DNA of 63,587 bases, filler included, from Trichomonas gallinae (GCA_008369845.1; 8 parts of 8 records of this genome joined end to end with filler, not necessarily neighbours in it); one strand, 5' to 3'; positions 1-11,742 are shown, counted from the whole stretch's first letter. Program-made: numbers and translations. Notes: generated from the sequence alone by a model not told the origin.

Positions 1-36
1 AACGTTAGATGGAGCTGCAGGAGGCGTTTTTATCAT
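1..36 (-). CDS. 5' fragment of a gene running off the window start (MIKTPPAAPSNV...)
   Basis: ATG at 36-34 with an open frame to position 1, GC-richer than its flank, immediately preceded by AAAAGTGAC (trichomonad upstream motif). Confidence 0.45.
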   Translation of the reverse strand, partial: MIKTPPAAPSNV

Positions 37-463
37 GTCACTTTTAAAATTTTCCCAAAAAGTGGAGTTCCCCCCCTTTTTTAAAAACTATTGCTTGCAA
101 AAATAGGAAAAATTGACTATATTTTTCAATTTGAAGAAATAATTTAATGAATGAACTTTAGTAACTCGAAATTTAGATTTGTATTATCTATATAAACCTA
201 TTTTAATGAATGTTATGAAGAGATATAAATGATTTTTGATTTTGTAAATAAATTTTAATTTTATATGATTTTAATAATATATTATGCTAAAATATGAGGA
301 TTAAATGCTATTTATAACGAAATTTTATGATTTTTGCAAGATTTTATGTTGAATATCGAAAATTTTCAAGATTTTGGGATAATTTTAAGAAATTTAGATA
401 TGTTGATAGTAGTAGATATCAAAAAATCGATAATTTTTTGCAGCCGATTACCAAATAAAAAAG

Positions 464-3400
464 ATGAACTTTTTACAGACTTTCGAAGAGCTTTTGCATC
501 GAGATCAGCTGAATGCTGAGGAAACACTGCAATTCGTCAGTATTCTTGCATCCATTGATGTAGAATTAATCAAATCCGAAGATTTGATTCAAAATTTTGC
601 ATCTCTTAAGAAAGTCTGGGCAAAGATATTAAAATCAACACAAAATACGGAATTTGATATTGACCCACGACTTTGTTTCATCGCAAAGGCTACACAGACA
701 TTGATCGATATTTATCTCAAAATCAAATCAGCAAATTCAGACTTTGATCCTAAAAATATAACAGACTTAGCCAAATTACGAAATCTAGATACGAATATTA
801 ATGATTTAACGAAGTATAATTTTAAAAATATTCCAAATCAGCCAAATTATCAAAAATTCTTAGATTTATGCACGTCAAACTTAATATTACACAAAGTTAA
901 ATTCGAACAATTGTTCAAATTAGCTTTTTACTTTAATAATTCTTTCCAACAAATCGAAAATTCATTCAAAATCGATTTAATTACAGAATTAGACGAAGAA
1001 GTTTTTTCATCAGTTGAATTCACAGAAGAAAACTTACAAATGATTGTTGAAATGATTCCAAACAACGAAAACGAAATTGAATTTTCATTAATTCGCTATG
1101 TTTACCTTGCAACGTACGGCGAGGTTTACAACAAGAGAATAACGGTTAATTTTGGTGCATTAAAAATCATTGAACAAGAAAAAACTCGTTATCTGTTAAA
1201 TTACTTCAATTTCAATCCAATTCCTGCAAAAGACACACCAAACGATCTAACACAGACATTACTATTACTTCTTAACGAAGAAATTCGTTTTGACGCAGAA
1301 ATTACTCCAATTCCATCTTTAATCACGAAAAGCTTCATAGCAACAGCCTATTATTGCCAGCAGAAATATTCCAATAACCCATATTCTAAGGCAATTATTG
1401 ACCAAGCAGTTTATGGTAGATTCTGGCTGGCTTCAAATGTTATTTCAAATTCTTATTTAGACACGAATTTGCTGTTTCACATCAAGAATCTACTTACAAA
1501 GGCATCAGAGGCATCATATTTAGTCGAAAAACCAGAAGTTTTACCATATTTAGATGATAAAAATCAATATCACCACAGATTACGCTTAATTCTTGAAGAA
1601 AACAACGAATTTCCAGAAGATATATCGCAAGACAGTGAAATTAAGTTATTTAAACTGCAAAACACGCAAAATATTCCAGATATCAAAATTAAAATCTCGA
1701 ATTTACTGATTAAAATGGCTGAAGAAGTTAGATTGGATACAATAAGAGATACAAAAGGAAATGGTTTCTACGCATCACTGTTAAACGGTGGATTTCTTCC
1801 TCCAATTCCAGAAACATGTTCTCCAACAATTTTTACCAAGAAAGAAGACCTTATTGAAACACAGACATTCCACACAATCATTTCCAACATGGTATCGTTA
1901 TTAGCATCGATGAAACCTGATAATTCGATTGCAGAAAAAATTGGAATTTTGATATGTCACAGATACATCTCACAACAAGCACGCCAGAGTCTTATTACAG
2001 CACTCGGCAACAATGGTGAGCAAACGAAGGCTAAATACATGTCACAAATGATGGCATTCGCGATGATCGAAGCAGAACATCCAATATCAGCTGCCTACAA
2101 AGTAAAAACAGTTGATAACATCCCAGTAGATGTCATGGTAACAATAATTAAGTTCCTGGAAAGCGATTTAGAGAGTTTATGCGAATTTTTCGGAAACACG
2201 AATTCAGCTCAGCAATTATTCGACAGATTAAGCGAAAGCAGCCGCAAATCCATCCTTAAATCATTGATAATCAGTGGGAACTCTCAGGCTTTGTCACAAT
2301 TAAACATAGATTCAGAAGATATCAAAACACAAGAAATGATTTTTGAGTTATGCGGAAATTTATCGACAAAATGTCCTTCTTCTTGTTTAACAATATTGGA
2401 AAGAATTATTTCGCAAGCTAAATCAGTCGACAAATTCTTCGAAAATATTCCAGAAAACATCGAAGACACAACACCAGAATTCATCAGCTTAATTTCGAGA
2501 ATTTTTGACGCCTGTCAGAAATGTGATGATTTTACTCCACCACTTCTTAAGCAGTTATCAAGAATCAGCACGAAATGGGATGAAGACGTCAAGATAGAAA
2601 AGAAGATTGCTAAAGACATTTGGAATGAAGAAGCTAAAAGCCACAGATGCAGATTTTGTTTCAACAACAATAATAAATCACAAAATATAATGTTCCAGTG
2701 CTACACTTGTCCAGAAAATCCTGTAATTTGTCTCGAATGCGCATCGAATTGCCACAAAGGCCATGACATTGTTTGTATTAATATGAGTTCTTCTCCTTGC
2801 CACTGTGAAACTCACTGCATGATAAATAACGAGAAACCATTAAATAATTCATTATCACAAAATTCATCGCCTAAAAAGCCGAAAGAAAACGAAGCCAAGA
2901 AAGAAATTTCAATTTCTCCAAACACATTGGCGAAGTTTGTCATTAAACTTTCGAACTGCAAATTAGCAGCAAATACTGATAATCCACAATCAATTCTCAA
3001 ATACCACGGCGACATTAAATCATACCAACTCAAAACAAAGCCATTCCCAGAATTTTCACCTTTAGTATTCAAAGAATTAAGTTCATCGCAGCAAAGAGTA
3101 GGAGATGGAAACAAGATCAGATCAAATCTTGAAGACGTCAATGAGTCATTCGTTTTAACAAGAAGAAGAGTAGAAGTTGCTCCATTAAAACTTGCAACAA
3201 CAATTCTGCATGACAGATTTGTTGTTTTCGGATTTGGCTGCAGATTAACAGTGATGACACCAGATTTCCAGCAAAAAGTATCAACAGCAATAATATCTAA
3301 AGTCATCATGATGATACAACCATGCCCAGATGAACCGAATGTCATAGCTGTTTCATCTTTACATAACGTTTATTTGTTCGATGTTTCTGAAGATGGAATC

Positions 3401-5059
3401 CTTTCATTCAAGAAAGAAATCGAATTGAGATTGAAGCATGTTGATTCCAGCTTCTTCGTCAACAACATACAATGGATCCCAGAATCAAAGAAATTGTTAA
3501 TAACAACAAACGCTTTCGTTTCTATTTACGATAATATCAGCGGCCATTTTAACGGAAAGTTTGAAATAACACACCGAATGTTTATTACGTCTTCATGCAT
3601 AATACAACACGAAAATAAATACTACATATTGGCAGCAATAAGCCAAGGCTCTATTGCAATCATTGACATGCCTCCAGATGGAAGCAACGAGACGACAAAA
3701 ATAACGAGATTTTCGAATTTGAGATTCGACGGACCTTTGCTGACTTTATCATCACACATAGAATCAAACCTATTATTTATCAGCCACGCTGAGATGCTTC
3801 ATGTTCTGAAGCCAGCACAGGTATTCTCAGAAACGCCTGAATACGTCAACTTAGCGACGCAGTTTTCAGGTAACATTTCACTGGTAGATATTTTATTCGG
3901 AACTAGAATTTTCCTTTTCTCTCATACAAACACAAATGTTTTGTTCACAGTTGAGTTCACGGACTCAGGAATAGAGTTCTACTGCATGCACACAGAATCA
4001 ATTCCTGTTGGATGCTGTTCAATGCATAACAACACAATGATATTGCTTTGTTCATTCCAGCTTAACAACAGATTCTATTCAGTGACAAACAGCGGACAAA
4101 TTGTTGAAGTTGTTCCAAATGTAATGAACTTACAGATACCAGACGCTGCTATTCTCGAAGATGAAGGAGCAACAGAGAATCGTCCACCTGTTGTTGTCCC
4201 TCCACTCTTCTGGATGACAGCATCAACTGACACGAAGGATGTCGAAGTCAAAGATTACGATGGAAACAACATCAGCGAAGTTCTGCAGCACCATAGGATG
4301 GTTTTCTCGTCGAACTGCCCAAGGAAGAGTGCATTTGTCACCCTAAATGATAACGAAAGAGTCATCGTCGGCTTCAGAGTAATTCTGATAAACAAAAGTG
4401 CATCCCATAGACCCCCGTGGATTTCAATTCTGGGAAGATCGGTTGATATCAACTCCACGAGATCATATATGTTCCCATTGCTACCGGGAGAAGTCGAGCC
4501 ACGGAAAACATACGAAATCAAGTTCGGATCAAGAGAATATTATGATACGAATTTTGATGCGTTAGAGGTTTATTCTATGCCTTGGAGAGACGTGAAGTCA
4601 ATTTGTGAATCACTCAAATCCACTGTTTCATGGACTGTTTCCAGTGGATTGTCTGATTACAAATTAGGAAGAAGTGATGGAAGATGCAACTCATCCTTAT
4701 TCCCGCTATTGCTAAGACTAGAAAATTGCTTCATTTGTTGCGCGAAGAAAGAAATAATCGATAAAGAAATTTTCGAAAAAATTGTTCATTTGATTTATGA
4801 AAATGACTCACTGTCTGAAGTTTCGAGGAGAATAGCTTCCATTTGCCAGTTTGATGGAAAAGATGAGCTTTGGTCGTCGATTGCAGCTGAATGCGTTAAA
4901 TCTGTTACAAAAGGCGGAATGAAAGACTACTGGAGAGACTTCAATCTTATCAGGAAAGATGATCAAATCAAGGTTGCTAATGAGATATGGAATACAGAGC
5001 TTAATGATGAAGAGTTTGATCCAAATATGATTGTTTCTGCTTTTATGTCTACAATTTAG
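464..5059 (+). CDS. UBR-box (N-recognin zinc finger) protein with a downstream beta-propeller-like region; UBR4/BIG-like
   Basis: 1531-aa ORF; FQCYTC..VICLECASNCHKGHDI..CHC matches the zf-UBR pattern; a beta-rich WD40-like region follows (IAVSSLHNVYLF, NNIQWIPESKKLLITTNAFVSIYD). Confidence 0.75.
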   Translation: MNFLQTFEELLHRDQLNAEETLQFVSILASIDVELIKSEDLIQNFASLKKVWAKILKSTQNTEFDIDPRLCFIAKATQTLIDIYLKIKSANSDFDPKNITDLAKLRNLDTNINDLTKYNFKNIPNQPNYQKFLDLCTSNLILHKVKFEQLFKLAFYFNNSFQQIENSFKIDLITELDEEVFSSVEFTEENLQMIVEMIPNNENEIEFSLIRYVYLATYGEVYNKRITVNFGALKIIEQEKTRYLLNYFNFNPIPAKDTPNDLTQTLLLLLNEEIRFDAEITPIPSLITKSFIATAYYCQQKYSNNPYSKAIIDQAVYGRFWLASNVISNSYLDTNLLFHIKNLLTKASEASYLVEKPEVLPYLDDKNQYHHRLRLILEENNEFPEDISQDSEIKLFKLQNTQNIPDIKIKISNLLIKMAEEVRLDTIRDTKGNGFYASLLNGGFLPPIPETCSPTIFTKKEDLIETQTFHTIISNMVSLLASMKPDNSIAEKIGILICHRYISQQARQSLITALGNNGEQTKAKYMSQMMAFAMIEAEHPISAAYKVKTVDNIPVDVMVTIIKFLESDLESLCEFFGNTNSAQQLFDRLSESSRKSILKSLIISGNSQALSQLNIDSEDIKTQEMIFELCGNLSTKCPSSCLTILERIISQAKSVDKFFENIPENIEDTTPEFISLISRIFDACQKCDDFTPPLLKQLSRISTKWDEDVKIEKKIAKDIWNEEAKSHRCRFCFNNNNKSQNIMFQCYTCPENPVICLECASNCHKGHDIVCINMSSSPCHCETHCMINNEKPLNNSLSQNSSPKKPKENEAKKEISISPNTLAKFVIKLSNCKLAANTDNPQSILKYHGDIKSYQLKTKPFPEFSPLVFKELSSSQQRVGDGNKIRSNLEDVNESFVLTRRRVEVAPLKLATTILHDRFVVFGFGCRLTVMTPDFQQKVSTAIISKVIMMIQPCPDEPNVIAVSSLHNVYLFDVSEDGILSFKKEIELRLKHVDSSFFVNNIQWIPESKKLLITTNAFVSIYDNISGHFNGKFEITHRMFITSSCIIQHENKYYILAAISQGSIAIIDMPPDGSNETTKITRFSNLRFDGPLLTLSSHIESNLLFISHAEMLHVLKPAQVFSETPEYVNLATQFSGNISLVDILFGTRIFLFSHTNTNVLFTVEFTDSGIEFYCMHTESIPVGCCSMHNNTMILLCSFQLNNRFYSVTNSGQIVEVVPNVMNLQIPDAAILEDEGATENRPPVVVPPLFWMTASTDTKDVEVKDYDGNNISEVLQHHRMVFSSNCPRKSAFVTLNDNERVIVGFRVILINKSASHRPPWISILGRSVDINSTRSYMFPLLPGEVEPRKTYEIKFGSREYYDTNFDALEVYSMPWRDVKSICESLKSTVSWTVSSGLSDYKLGRSDGRCNSSLFPLLLRLENCFICCAKKEIIDKEIFEKIVHLIYENDSLSEVSRRIASICQFDGKDELWSSIAAECVKSVTKGGMKDYWRDFNLIRKDDQIKVANEIWNTELNDEEFDPNMIVSAFMSTI

Positions 5060-5708
5060 AAATAAAATGTTATATTAAATATATAATCTTTGGATATTAA
5101 CATGAGGGAGTTTAAATATCCTTATATTTCAACTTATGCAACACGCATCATACTCAGGTCTCAGTGACTTGTTCTCTTTGATGTCACGCGTACATATATG
5201 ATATCTTACAGAGATATTATGAATCGTGCTGCATATCATTTCTTCTGACATCTTCCCAGAATATACATCTGAAGTTTTCCCAAATTCATTGGGATTTTAA
5301 AATCCATCCCATCTCTATCCCAGAAATCCTTAATCCTTTGGAGGATATGATTATACCAGATATATATTCTTCTCGAACTTTTCAATCAAGTTAGAAATCA
5401 TATAATTTTTAATTTTTTTTTTTGGTTATTTTGTATATATAATATCAAAAAGAAAAAATATATTTTAAATAACATATAAGTTTATTATTAAACTCGCAAA
5501 AATTAATTCGTAAATCCTGTTCAATTACTATGAATTTAAAATATTCTTTTTTCTTCTGATTATCCTTGAGTGAGACATAATACTAATATGAAAAGCGAAT
5601 CTATTGTGCAGATACTTTCTGGAAAGAAATATCATAGGGATAAGATATGATATTAAATTAACAGAAAAAATTAAAAGAATAGTAAGTAATATTAGAATTG
5701 AAAATTGA

Positions 5709-6608
5709 TCAAGAGTATATTTTCTCCTTAAGAACTGATAAAAGCTCATCATAATCAATTGAATCTTCTTTTCCGATATAACTTTTAATTGCTGCTATGA
5801 GCTTGTTGACTTCTTCCTTGTTATATTTGTTTTTCGATTTGCTTTTGTTAAATTCTTTGATTGAATTCTCCATTTTTGTATTTTCTTTAACTATTTGGCC
5901 ATTTGTGACTTTAAGCTGTTCAATTAGCTTCTCTTGCATTTCTATCAATTCTTGGGCTTTCAAAACCTCATCGAAACATAATCTATAAAAATAATCTAAT
6001 TGATCTTCAGATAAATGACTAATGTCTGCTATTTTCGATAGTAATAATGATGCTGGCTCTTTTTCTTGAGATTTCAAGTTTATTTGTTCAATTGAATGAA
6101 TTTGCTTGACTTCTCCATTTCTATACATATTTGCTATATCTTCTACGATATTTTGATCTTTATAATCAGGAAAACGTTTCATTAGCTCTTTTTCTGTAAT
6201 TGATATTTTTTCATTCTCCGTTACATCAATGTTGTTGATTGACTGCAATTGAGGACCTATCACTAGAAGACAAATTTCTCGAAAATGAGGTAAAGTTGAT
6301 ATAGGAGTGTTTATTGCGGAAAAATGAATTAAATTATTTTTTTGTGGAAAGTTTCTAAATGAAAGTATTGGATTTCCATCAACTATAAGTGTTTCTAGTT
6401 TTGATTCAGGAACAAAATTCTCAAAATCTTGAATTTTATTCCATGAACAATCTAATTTCTTGATATTTCTCAATGTTTTAATATCCATGAATGTTTTTAT
6501 CATCCGCATACTAAAGTCAGCTACAAATGAGCTTTCATCTTTAACACTTTTCTTGTTGGAAATTGAACTTCGTTTCATCAACAAGAAAAAATGGACTGAA
6601 ATTAGCAT
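5709..6608 (-). CDS. leucine-rich repeat protein with C-terminal coiled coil
   Basis: IKKLDCSWNKI and LETLIVDGNPI LRR motifs plus an LRRcap-like LQSINNIDVTENE; the true start may be the ATG at 6578. Confidence 0.75.
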   Translation of the reverse strand: MLISVHFFLLMKRSSISNKKSVKDESSFVADFSMRMIKTFMDIKTLRNIKKLDCSWNKIQDFENFVPESKLETLIVDGNPILSFRNFPQKNNLIHFSAINTPISTLPHFREICLLVIGPQLQSINNIDVTENEKISITEKELMKRFPDYKDQNIVEDIANMYRNGEVKQIHSIEQINLKSQEKEPASLLLSKIADISHLSEDQLDYFYRLCFDEVLKAQELIEMQEKLIEQLKVTNGQIVKENTKMENSIKEFNKSKSKNKYNKEEVNKLIAAIKSYIGKEDSIDYDELLSVLKEKIYS

Positions 6609-7179
6609 ATATTGGCATTTTAATTACATGAAATAATATATTTGAACTCATTTTGTTTTAAAATGCATTTTAATAATTATAAGAGATTTTAATATATTTT
6701 CAAATCAACGAATTGAACAAAAATAACACTGATTTCAATTTATACCACACTAATACACCCAACTATCTCATAAAAATTACAATCTTTAATTTTTACATTT
6801 TCGATATTTCACCTTAATTTAATGGATATATGATTGCCATCACATTAGTACCTAATAAAAACATGTGTGATAATACATTATATTAATATATAGTTAATAA
6901 TTCTCATATCTTCACTTCATCGATAAAATTGCGGAAAATAGTTAAGCTAGCCATGAAACTATTGCCTTCATTAATCATCTGCAAAGAATATAGAGTGATC
7001 TGTATATATAATACAAGCATGTCAAAAACTAACTATTGATTCATTCAATTTTAAATTAAAATCTTACTTGCATTAGTGTTAGGAACTTGAACAGCCAGTA
7101 ACAATATCATATGCAATTATGAGTAATTTTCCGGAAGATTCTTCCTTATGTTTATAAAAATTTGAATTCATCCTTATGT

Positions 7180-7268
7180 TGACACGTAAATTATCAAAAT
7201 TAATTATTGGCATGTAAATGATCATAATTTGACATGTAAAATGTCATAAAATATATTTGACACGTAAA
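7180..7268 (+). promoter_or_regulatory. cluster of four TG(A/G)CAYGTAAA motifs
   Basis: copies at 7180, 7208, 7230 and 7258, about 155-245 bp upstream of the ATG at 7423. Confidence 0.5.
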
Positions 7269-7422
7269 TATATAGAAATTATCAAATCAAGTTTTCAGAC
7301 TTATTTTACTGTTTTCATATTAAATAAATTTAAAGATCTGGCTAAATATAATGTATAGGCTGCAATAAAGTGGTTTCTACGCGAAATAAAAAATTGATGA
7401 AGAGACCGTTTATTAAATTCAA

Positions 7423-10400
7423 ATGTCGAAGACGCCAAGAACTCCACAGACACCTAAGACGCCCATGACCCGCTCCATCAAAGTCCTGGACGAGCTCATT
7501 GGCGATGTCATCGAGGATGGCAACACGACATTCGATTTCATGAGAGAGACAAGAATCAAGAATCTCGAAGAAACGAAAGAAAGCTACAAGCGTCAGCTGG
7601 AAGTGAGCCAGAAGTCTGTTGAATTATTAAAAGCCGAACAGCAGCGTTTTATTGCTAAAGTTGACAAAATTATTGAAGAATTATTAAGTGCTGTTGATAT
7701 TAAACGTGAAAATCAGAAGAGACTCAAGAAAATACAAGGCAACAACGATGGCTACGACAAATCATTGAAACTCTACAAATATCTGATGGAAACTCAAGGC
7801 GGCGATTTAAGCTCAATTGAACGCTTAGTCACTCAAATTTATGGATATTCATGCCTCATTCAGAGCATTTGCGCTGGAAAGAACGAGCCAATCAATTTCG
7901 CTGACAGAATTTCAGAAACAGACAAAAAACTACTGAGAGATGCAGCCGAAAAGACAACAAAATCTCTCGAAGGCATGCTACGTGATAGCACAAGCCCACT
8001 TTATACAGTTAATGAAGCTTTAGATCTCAAATTTAATCCAAGAAACAGACTTAACCAGATTCAATCTTTTCTCAACGAGAATAAGTTCAGTGAGTTAGAG
8101 CTGAAGTCGATGCTCTTCCAAGAATATGTCCTCGTCGATGTTTTAAGGCAATCAATCGACGAATCTTACAAATCTCCGAGGAAAGGAGCTTCAAACCAAA
8201 AGAACATTGAAGCTGAGATAGAAGCCCGTCTTAGACCGCAAATTGAAGACGAAATCAGAGATTCAATCGAAGCAGAACTAGAAAAGAAATTAAGACCAAA
8301 GATCGAGAGAGAACTCTCAAGAAAAGTCAGTCCAGTTAAGGAAGCGCAGCTTCGCGATAAGATTGAATCTGAATTAAGAGATTCGATTTCTGAAGAGCTC
8401 GAATCTTCACTTAGACCACAAATTGAAGAGGAACTCACCAAGAAGTTAAGATCACAAATAGAATCCGAGCTCATCGAGTCAATGGAAGAAGATGAAAACG
8501 ATTCTCTCAGATTGAAGATCGAAAAAGAGTTAGTTATCATGTTAACACCACAGATAGAGAAGTCTCTTAGACCGCAAATAGAAAAAGAACTCACAGAGAA
8601 GCTCCAAGTTGAATTCGAGGAACTAATTCGTCCACAAATCGAATCTGAGCTTCGTCCACAGATAGAAAAGGAAGTCAGAACAGCTATGAGTTCAGAAGGC
8701 TCTCCAAAGAGAAGACAACTCGAAAGAGAAATTTCTCAAAGACTTCGCCCACAAATAGAAAGCGAATTGAAGCCCGAAATCGAAGCTGATCTCAGAATTT
8801 CGTTAGAAAAAGAGCTTACTCCTAAGATTGAGTCTAAAATCAGACCAGATATTGAATCTAATTTAAGGAAATCACTAGAAAAGGAGCTTATACCAAAGAT
8901 CGAGTCCAAACTTAGACCAGAGATTGAGGAAGACTGTGAAGATGCCAAACAAAGAGCAATTGACGCAATGAGGAGAAAATTAGAAAGAGAATACAACCAA
9001 AAAGCTTCACAGCTTGAATCTGACCTTCGTCCAGTAATAGAAGATGAGCTTGAAAAGAAATTAAGACCAGAAATCGAAGAAGAACTCAGAGAAAGGCTCG
9101 AATCAGAAAATATGAAGCAAATGGAAGCCGATCTCACCAAGAAACTGAGATTACAAATCAGACTTGAGCTTGAGAATGAAGTTAGAGATGAAATTGAAGA
9201 AGAGGAAGAAAAGAACAGAAAATTATTCGAAAATGAGCTTGAAAACAAGTACAAGAGCCAACTCGAAGCAGACAAAGCTGCTGCAAGGAAGCAAATCGAA
9301 TCCGAACTTTCTAAGAAGCTCAGACCAGAAATTGAAGAAGAATTAAATCTCAAAAACGCAAACTACAAGAAGCAGCTTGAAAATGAGTTAACAAAGAAAC
9401 TAAGACCTCAGATTGAAGAAGAACTTAGACCAGAAATCGAAGATGAGTTAAATCAGAAGATTTTGGCCGAAAACGCAAATTACAAGAAGCAATTAGAAAA
9501 TGAGTTAACTAAGAAGCTAAGAAATCAAATTGAAGACGAAATCAGACCAGAAATCGAAGAAGAATTAAATTCGCAAAATGCAAACTACAAGAAGCAGCTT
9601 GAAAACGAATTAACTAAGAAACTAAGAAGCCAAATAGAAGATGAAGTCAGAGAAGAACTTGAAAAAGAAAACGAAAACTATAAGAAACAAATCCAAAAAT
9701 CTTTGAAATCGCAACTCGAAAACGAGCTCAGACCAGAAATAGAAGACGAGTTAAGTGAAAAATACGCTCAAGAGAACGAAAACTATAAGAAACAAATCCA
9801 AAAATCTTTGAGATTGCAAATCGAAGAAGAGTTAAATGAGAAACTTGCCAAAGAAAACGAAAATTACAAGAAGCAGATTCAAAAATCATTGAGAACACAA
9901 ATAGAAAACGAGCTTAGACCGGAAATAGAAGACGAACTCAACGAGAAATTCGCTCAGGAAACCGAGAAATACAAGAAATTGCTTAGACAACAACTCGAAC
10001 AAGAGTTTTCCAGCCAGTATGAGTCAGAAATGTCTCAGTCAATGAAGAACATAGAGGCAGAAATCGAAATCAGACTTAGGCCAATTCTCGAAGAAGAAAT
10101 TTCTCAAAAATTATCATCACAGAAAGAAAGAGAAGTTTCCAGAGCAAAGAAGCAGATAGAGGCTGATTTAAGAAGCGAATTGGAAAGCGAATACGAGCAT
10201 AACTTAGAGATGCAGTCGAAGAAACTCGAAAGAGAAATCAATCTAAAAATCCGCAAAGAAATCGAAAGCGAATTAAGAGAAACAGTTGAAGACGAAATCA
10301 AGCAAAAACTCGAAAGAGAAATTTCTCTAAGATTACGTAAGGAAATCGAAAGCGAAGTCAGAGAAAATGTTGAAGATGAAATCAAGCAAAAAGTCGAGAA

Positions 10401-11742
10401 AGAAATCGCAATTAAATTGCGTGCTAAGATAGAAAACGAATTACTTCAAGAATACGATGAAGAAAAACAGGAAATGATTGCTAAATTCGAACAAGAGAAA
10501 CAAGAATTGACACAGAAGATCAAATCTGAGTCACCAAAGCGTCAAGAGAGAGAATTACGCAGACAGATCGAAAATGAATATGAAATCGATTTCAAAGACA
10601 AACTCGAGCAAGAAAAGAAGAAACTCAAATCGCAAATCGAAGATGAATTAAGAATTAATATCAGAGCAGAAATAGAAAGTGAAATGAAGTCACAAAGTTC
10701 TCTTCAAATGAGGAAACAAGAAAGAGAATTAAGAGCTCAAATAGAAAACGAACTAAGAACAGAAATCGAGCAAGATGTCAAAGCACAAATCGAAAGAGAG
10801 AACTCACTACAAAAGAAGAAGCAAGAGAGAGAACTCAGAGCGCAGATCGAGAGTGAATTGAGACTGCAGATTGAATCTGAGAACTCTCCATCGAAGAAGC
10901 GTCAACTCGAGAAAGACTTAAGAGTCCAAATCGAAGCAGAAATTCGCAAAGAGTTCGACGAGAATATTAATATCATCAAGAAGAAGCAAGAAAGAGAAAT
11001 GAGAACGCAAATAGAAAACGAATTAAGACAAGAATTCGAATACACGCAAATCCAAAACAAGAAGAAACTCGAAAGAGAAATTTCCATCAAAGTTAGATCA
11101 GAGTTTGAAAACGAGATTAACCACAAAACAGATTATTCTCTTGCCCAGCAAATCGCAAAAGAAGTCAAGATTTCTCTCGGAACAACAATTTCAGGAATTT
11201 CAGAAAACGAACTATCTGGCGTCCACAAGATTGTCAGACAAGCTCTCGGACTCACTGAAAAGCAGTATTCAGCTTACAAGTTCATCACAGATACAAAGAA
11301 ACTCGCTGAAGATTGCGTATTAGCGAGATCATACTATAATACTTCCAATCTTTCTTTCTCGTCACTTTTCGATGACTTAGCGAAGCGCGTCAGATCATTG
11401 GACGAACTCAACACACACAACAGAGGACTCCTCACAGCACAGTCTACAGAAATAGCTCGCCTAAGAATGGAAGTTGGCAGCGGGAAATGGCTACAATGGT
11501 CTTCATCATTATTCAAGTTATTGACTGGCAAGAATTACTATGGAAATGATGTAACTGAGTTGAGAGATCTCATAGAAGAGGCTGCTCTTGAGGGTGGCGA
11601 GAGAATAAGAATGTTCAACATGGCTGAAGAGAAGAGAAAAAGAGATGAAAAGTTACAAGGTTCACCACCTGAATTAACACCTTCACCACTTAGATCTTCT
11701 CTGTTGTCTGCTAATGGACTTTACGCAACACCAACGAAATAA
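7423..11742 (+). CDS. large charged helical/coiled-coil repeat protein (LRPQIE/LRPEIE repeats)
   Basis: 1439-aa E/K/R/L-rich ORF with dozens of LRxxIExEL repeats and many S/T-P-x-K/R sites. Confidence 0.85.
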   Translation: MSKTPRTPQTPKTPMTRSIKVLDELIGDVIEDGNTTFDFMRETRIKNLEETKESYKRQLEVSQKSVELLKAEQQRFIAKVDKIIEELLSAVDIKRENQKRLKKIQGNNDGYDKSLKLYKYLMETQGGDLSSIERLVTQIYGYSCLIQSICAGKNEPINFADRISETDKKLLRDAAEKTTKSLEGMLRDSTSPLYTVNEALDLKFNPRNRLNQIQSFLNENKFSELELKSMLFQEYVLVDVLRQSIDESYKSPRKGASNQKNIEAEIEARLRPQIEDEIRDSIEAELEKKLRPKIERELSRKVSPVKEAQLRDKIESELRDSISEELESSLRPQIEEELTKKLRSQIESELIESMEEDENDSLRLKIEKELVIMLTPQIEKSLRPQIEKELTEKLQVEFEELIRPQIESELRPQIEKEVRTAMSSEGSPKRRQLEREISQRLRPQIESELKPEIEADLRISLEKELTPKIESKIRPDIESNLRKSLEKELIPKIESKLRPEIEEDCEDAKQRAIDAMRRKLEREYNQKASQLESDLRPVIEDELEKKLRPEIEEELRERLESENMKQMEADLTKKLRLQIRLELENEVRDEIEEEEEKNRKLFENELENKYKSQLEADKAAARKQIESELSKKLRPEIEEELNLKNANYKKQLENELTKKLRPQIEEELRPEIEDELNQKILAENANYKKQLENELTKKLRNQIEDEIRPEIEEELNSQNANYKKQLENELTKKLRSQIEDEVREELEKENENYKKQIQKSLKSQLENELRPEIEDELSEKYAQENENYKKQIQKSLRLQIEEELNEKLAKENENYKKQIQKSLRTQIENELRPEIEDELNEKFAQETEKYKKLLRQQLEQEFSSQYESEMSQSMKNIEAEIEIRLRPILEEEISQKLSSQKEREVSRAKKQIEADLRSELESEYEHNLEMQSKKLEREINLKIRKEIESELRETVEDEIKQKLEREISLRLRKEIESEVRENVEDEIKQKVEKEIAIKLRAKIENELLQEYDEEKQEMIAKFEQEKQELTQKIKSESPKRQERELRRQIENEYEIDFKDKLEQEKKKLKSQIEDELRINIRAEIESEMKSQSSLQMRKQERELRAQIENELRTEIEQDVKAQIERENSLQKKKQERELRAQIESELRLQIESENSPSKKRQLEKDLRVQIEAEIRKEFDENINIIKKKQEREMRTQIENELRQEFEYTQIQNKKKLEREISIKVRSEFENEINHKTDYSLAQQIAKEVKISLGTTISGISENELSGVHKIVRQALGLTEKQYSAYKFITDTKKLAEDCVLARSYYNTSNLSFSSLFDDLAKRVRSLDELNTHNRGLLTAQSTEIARLRMEVGSGKWLQWSSSLFKLLTGKNYYGNDVTELRDLIEEAALEGGERIRMFNMAEEKRKRDEKLQGSPPELTPSPLRSSLLSANGLYATPTK

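Noticed and set aside
8166..11531. Ser/Ile/Leu-rich antisense ORFs
   Set aside because: Shadows of the E/K-rich repeat gene on the opposite strand
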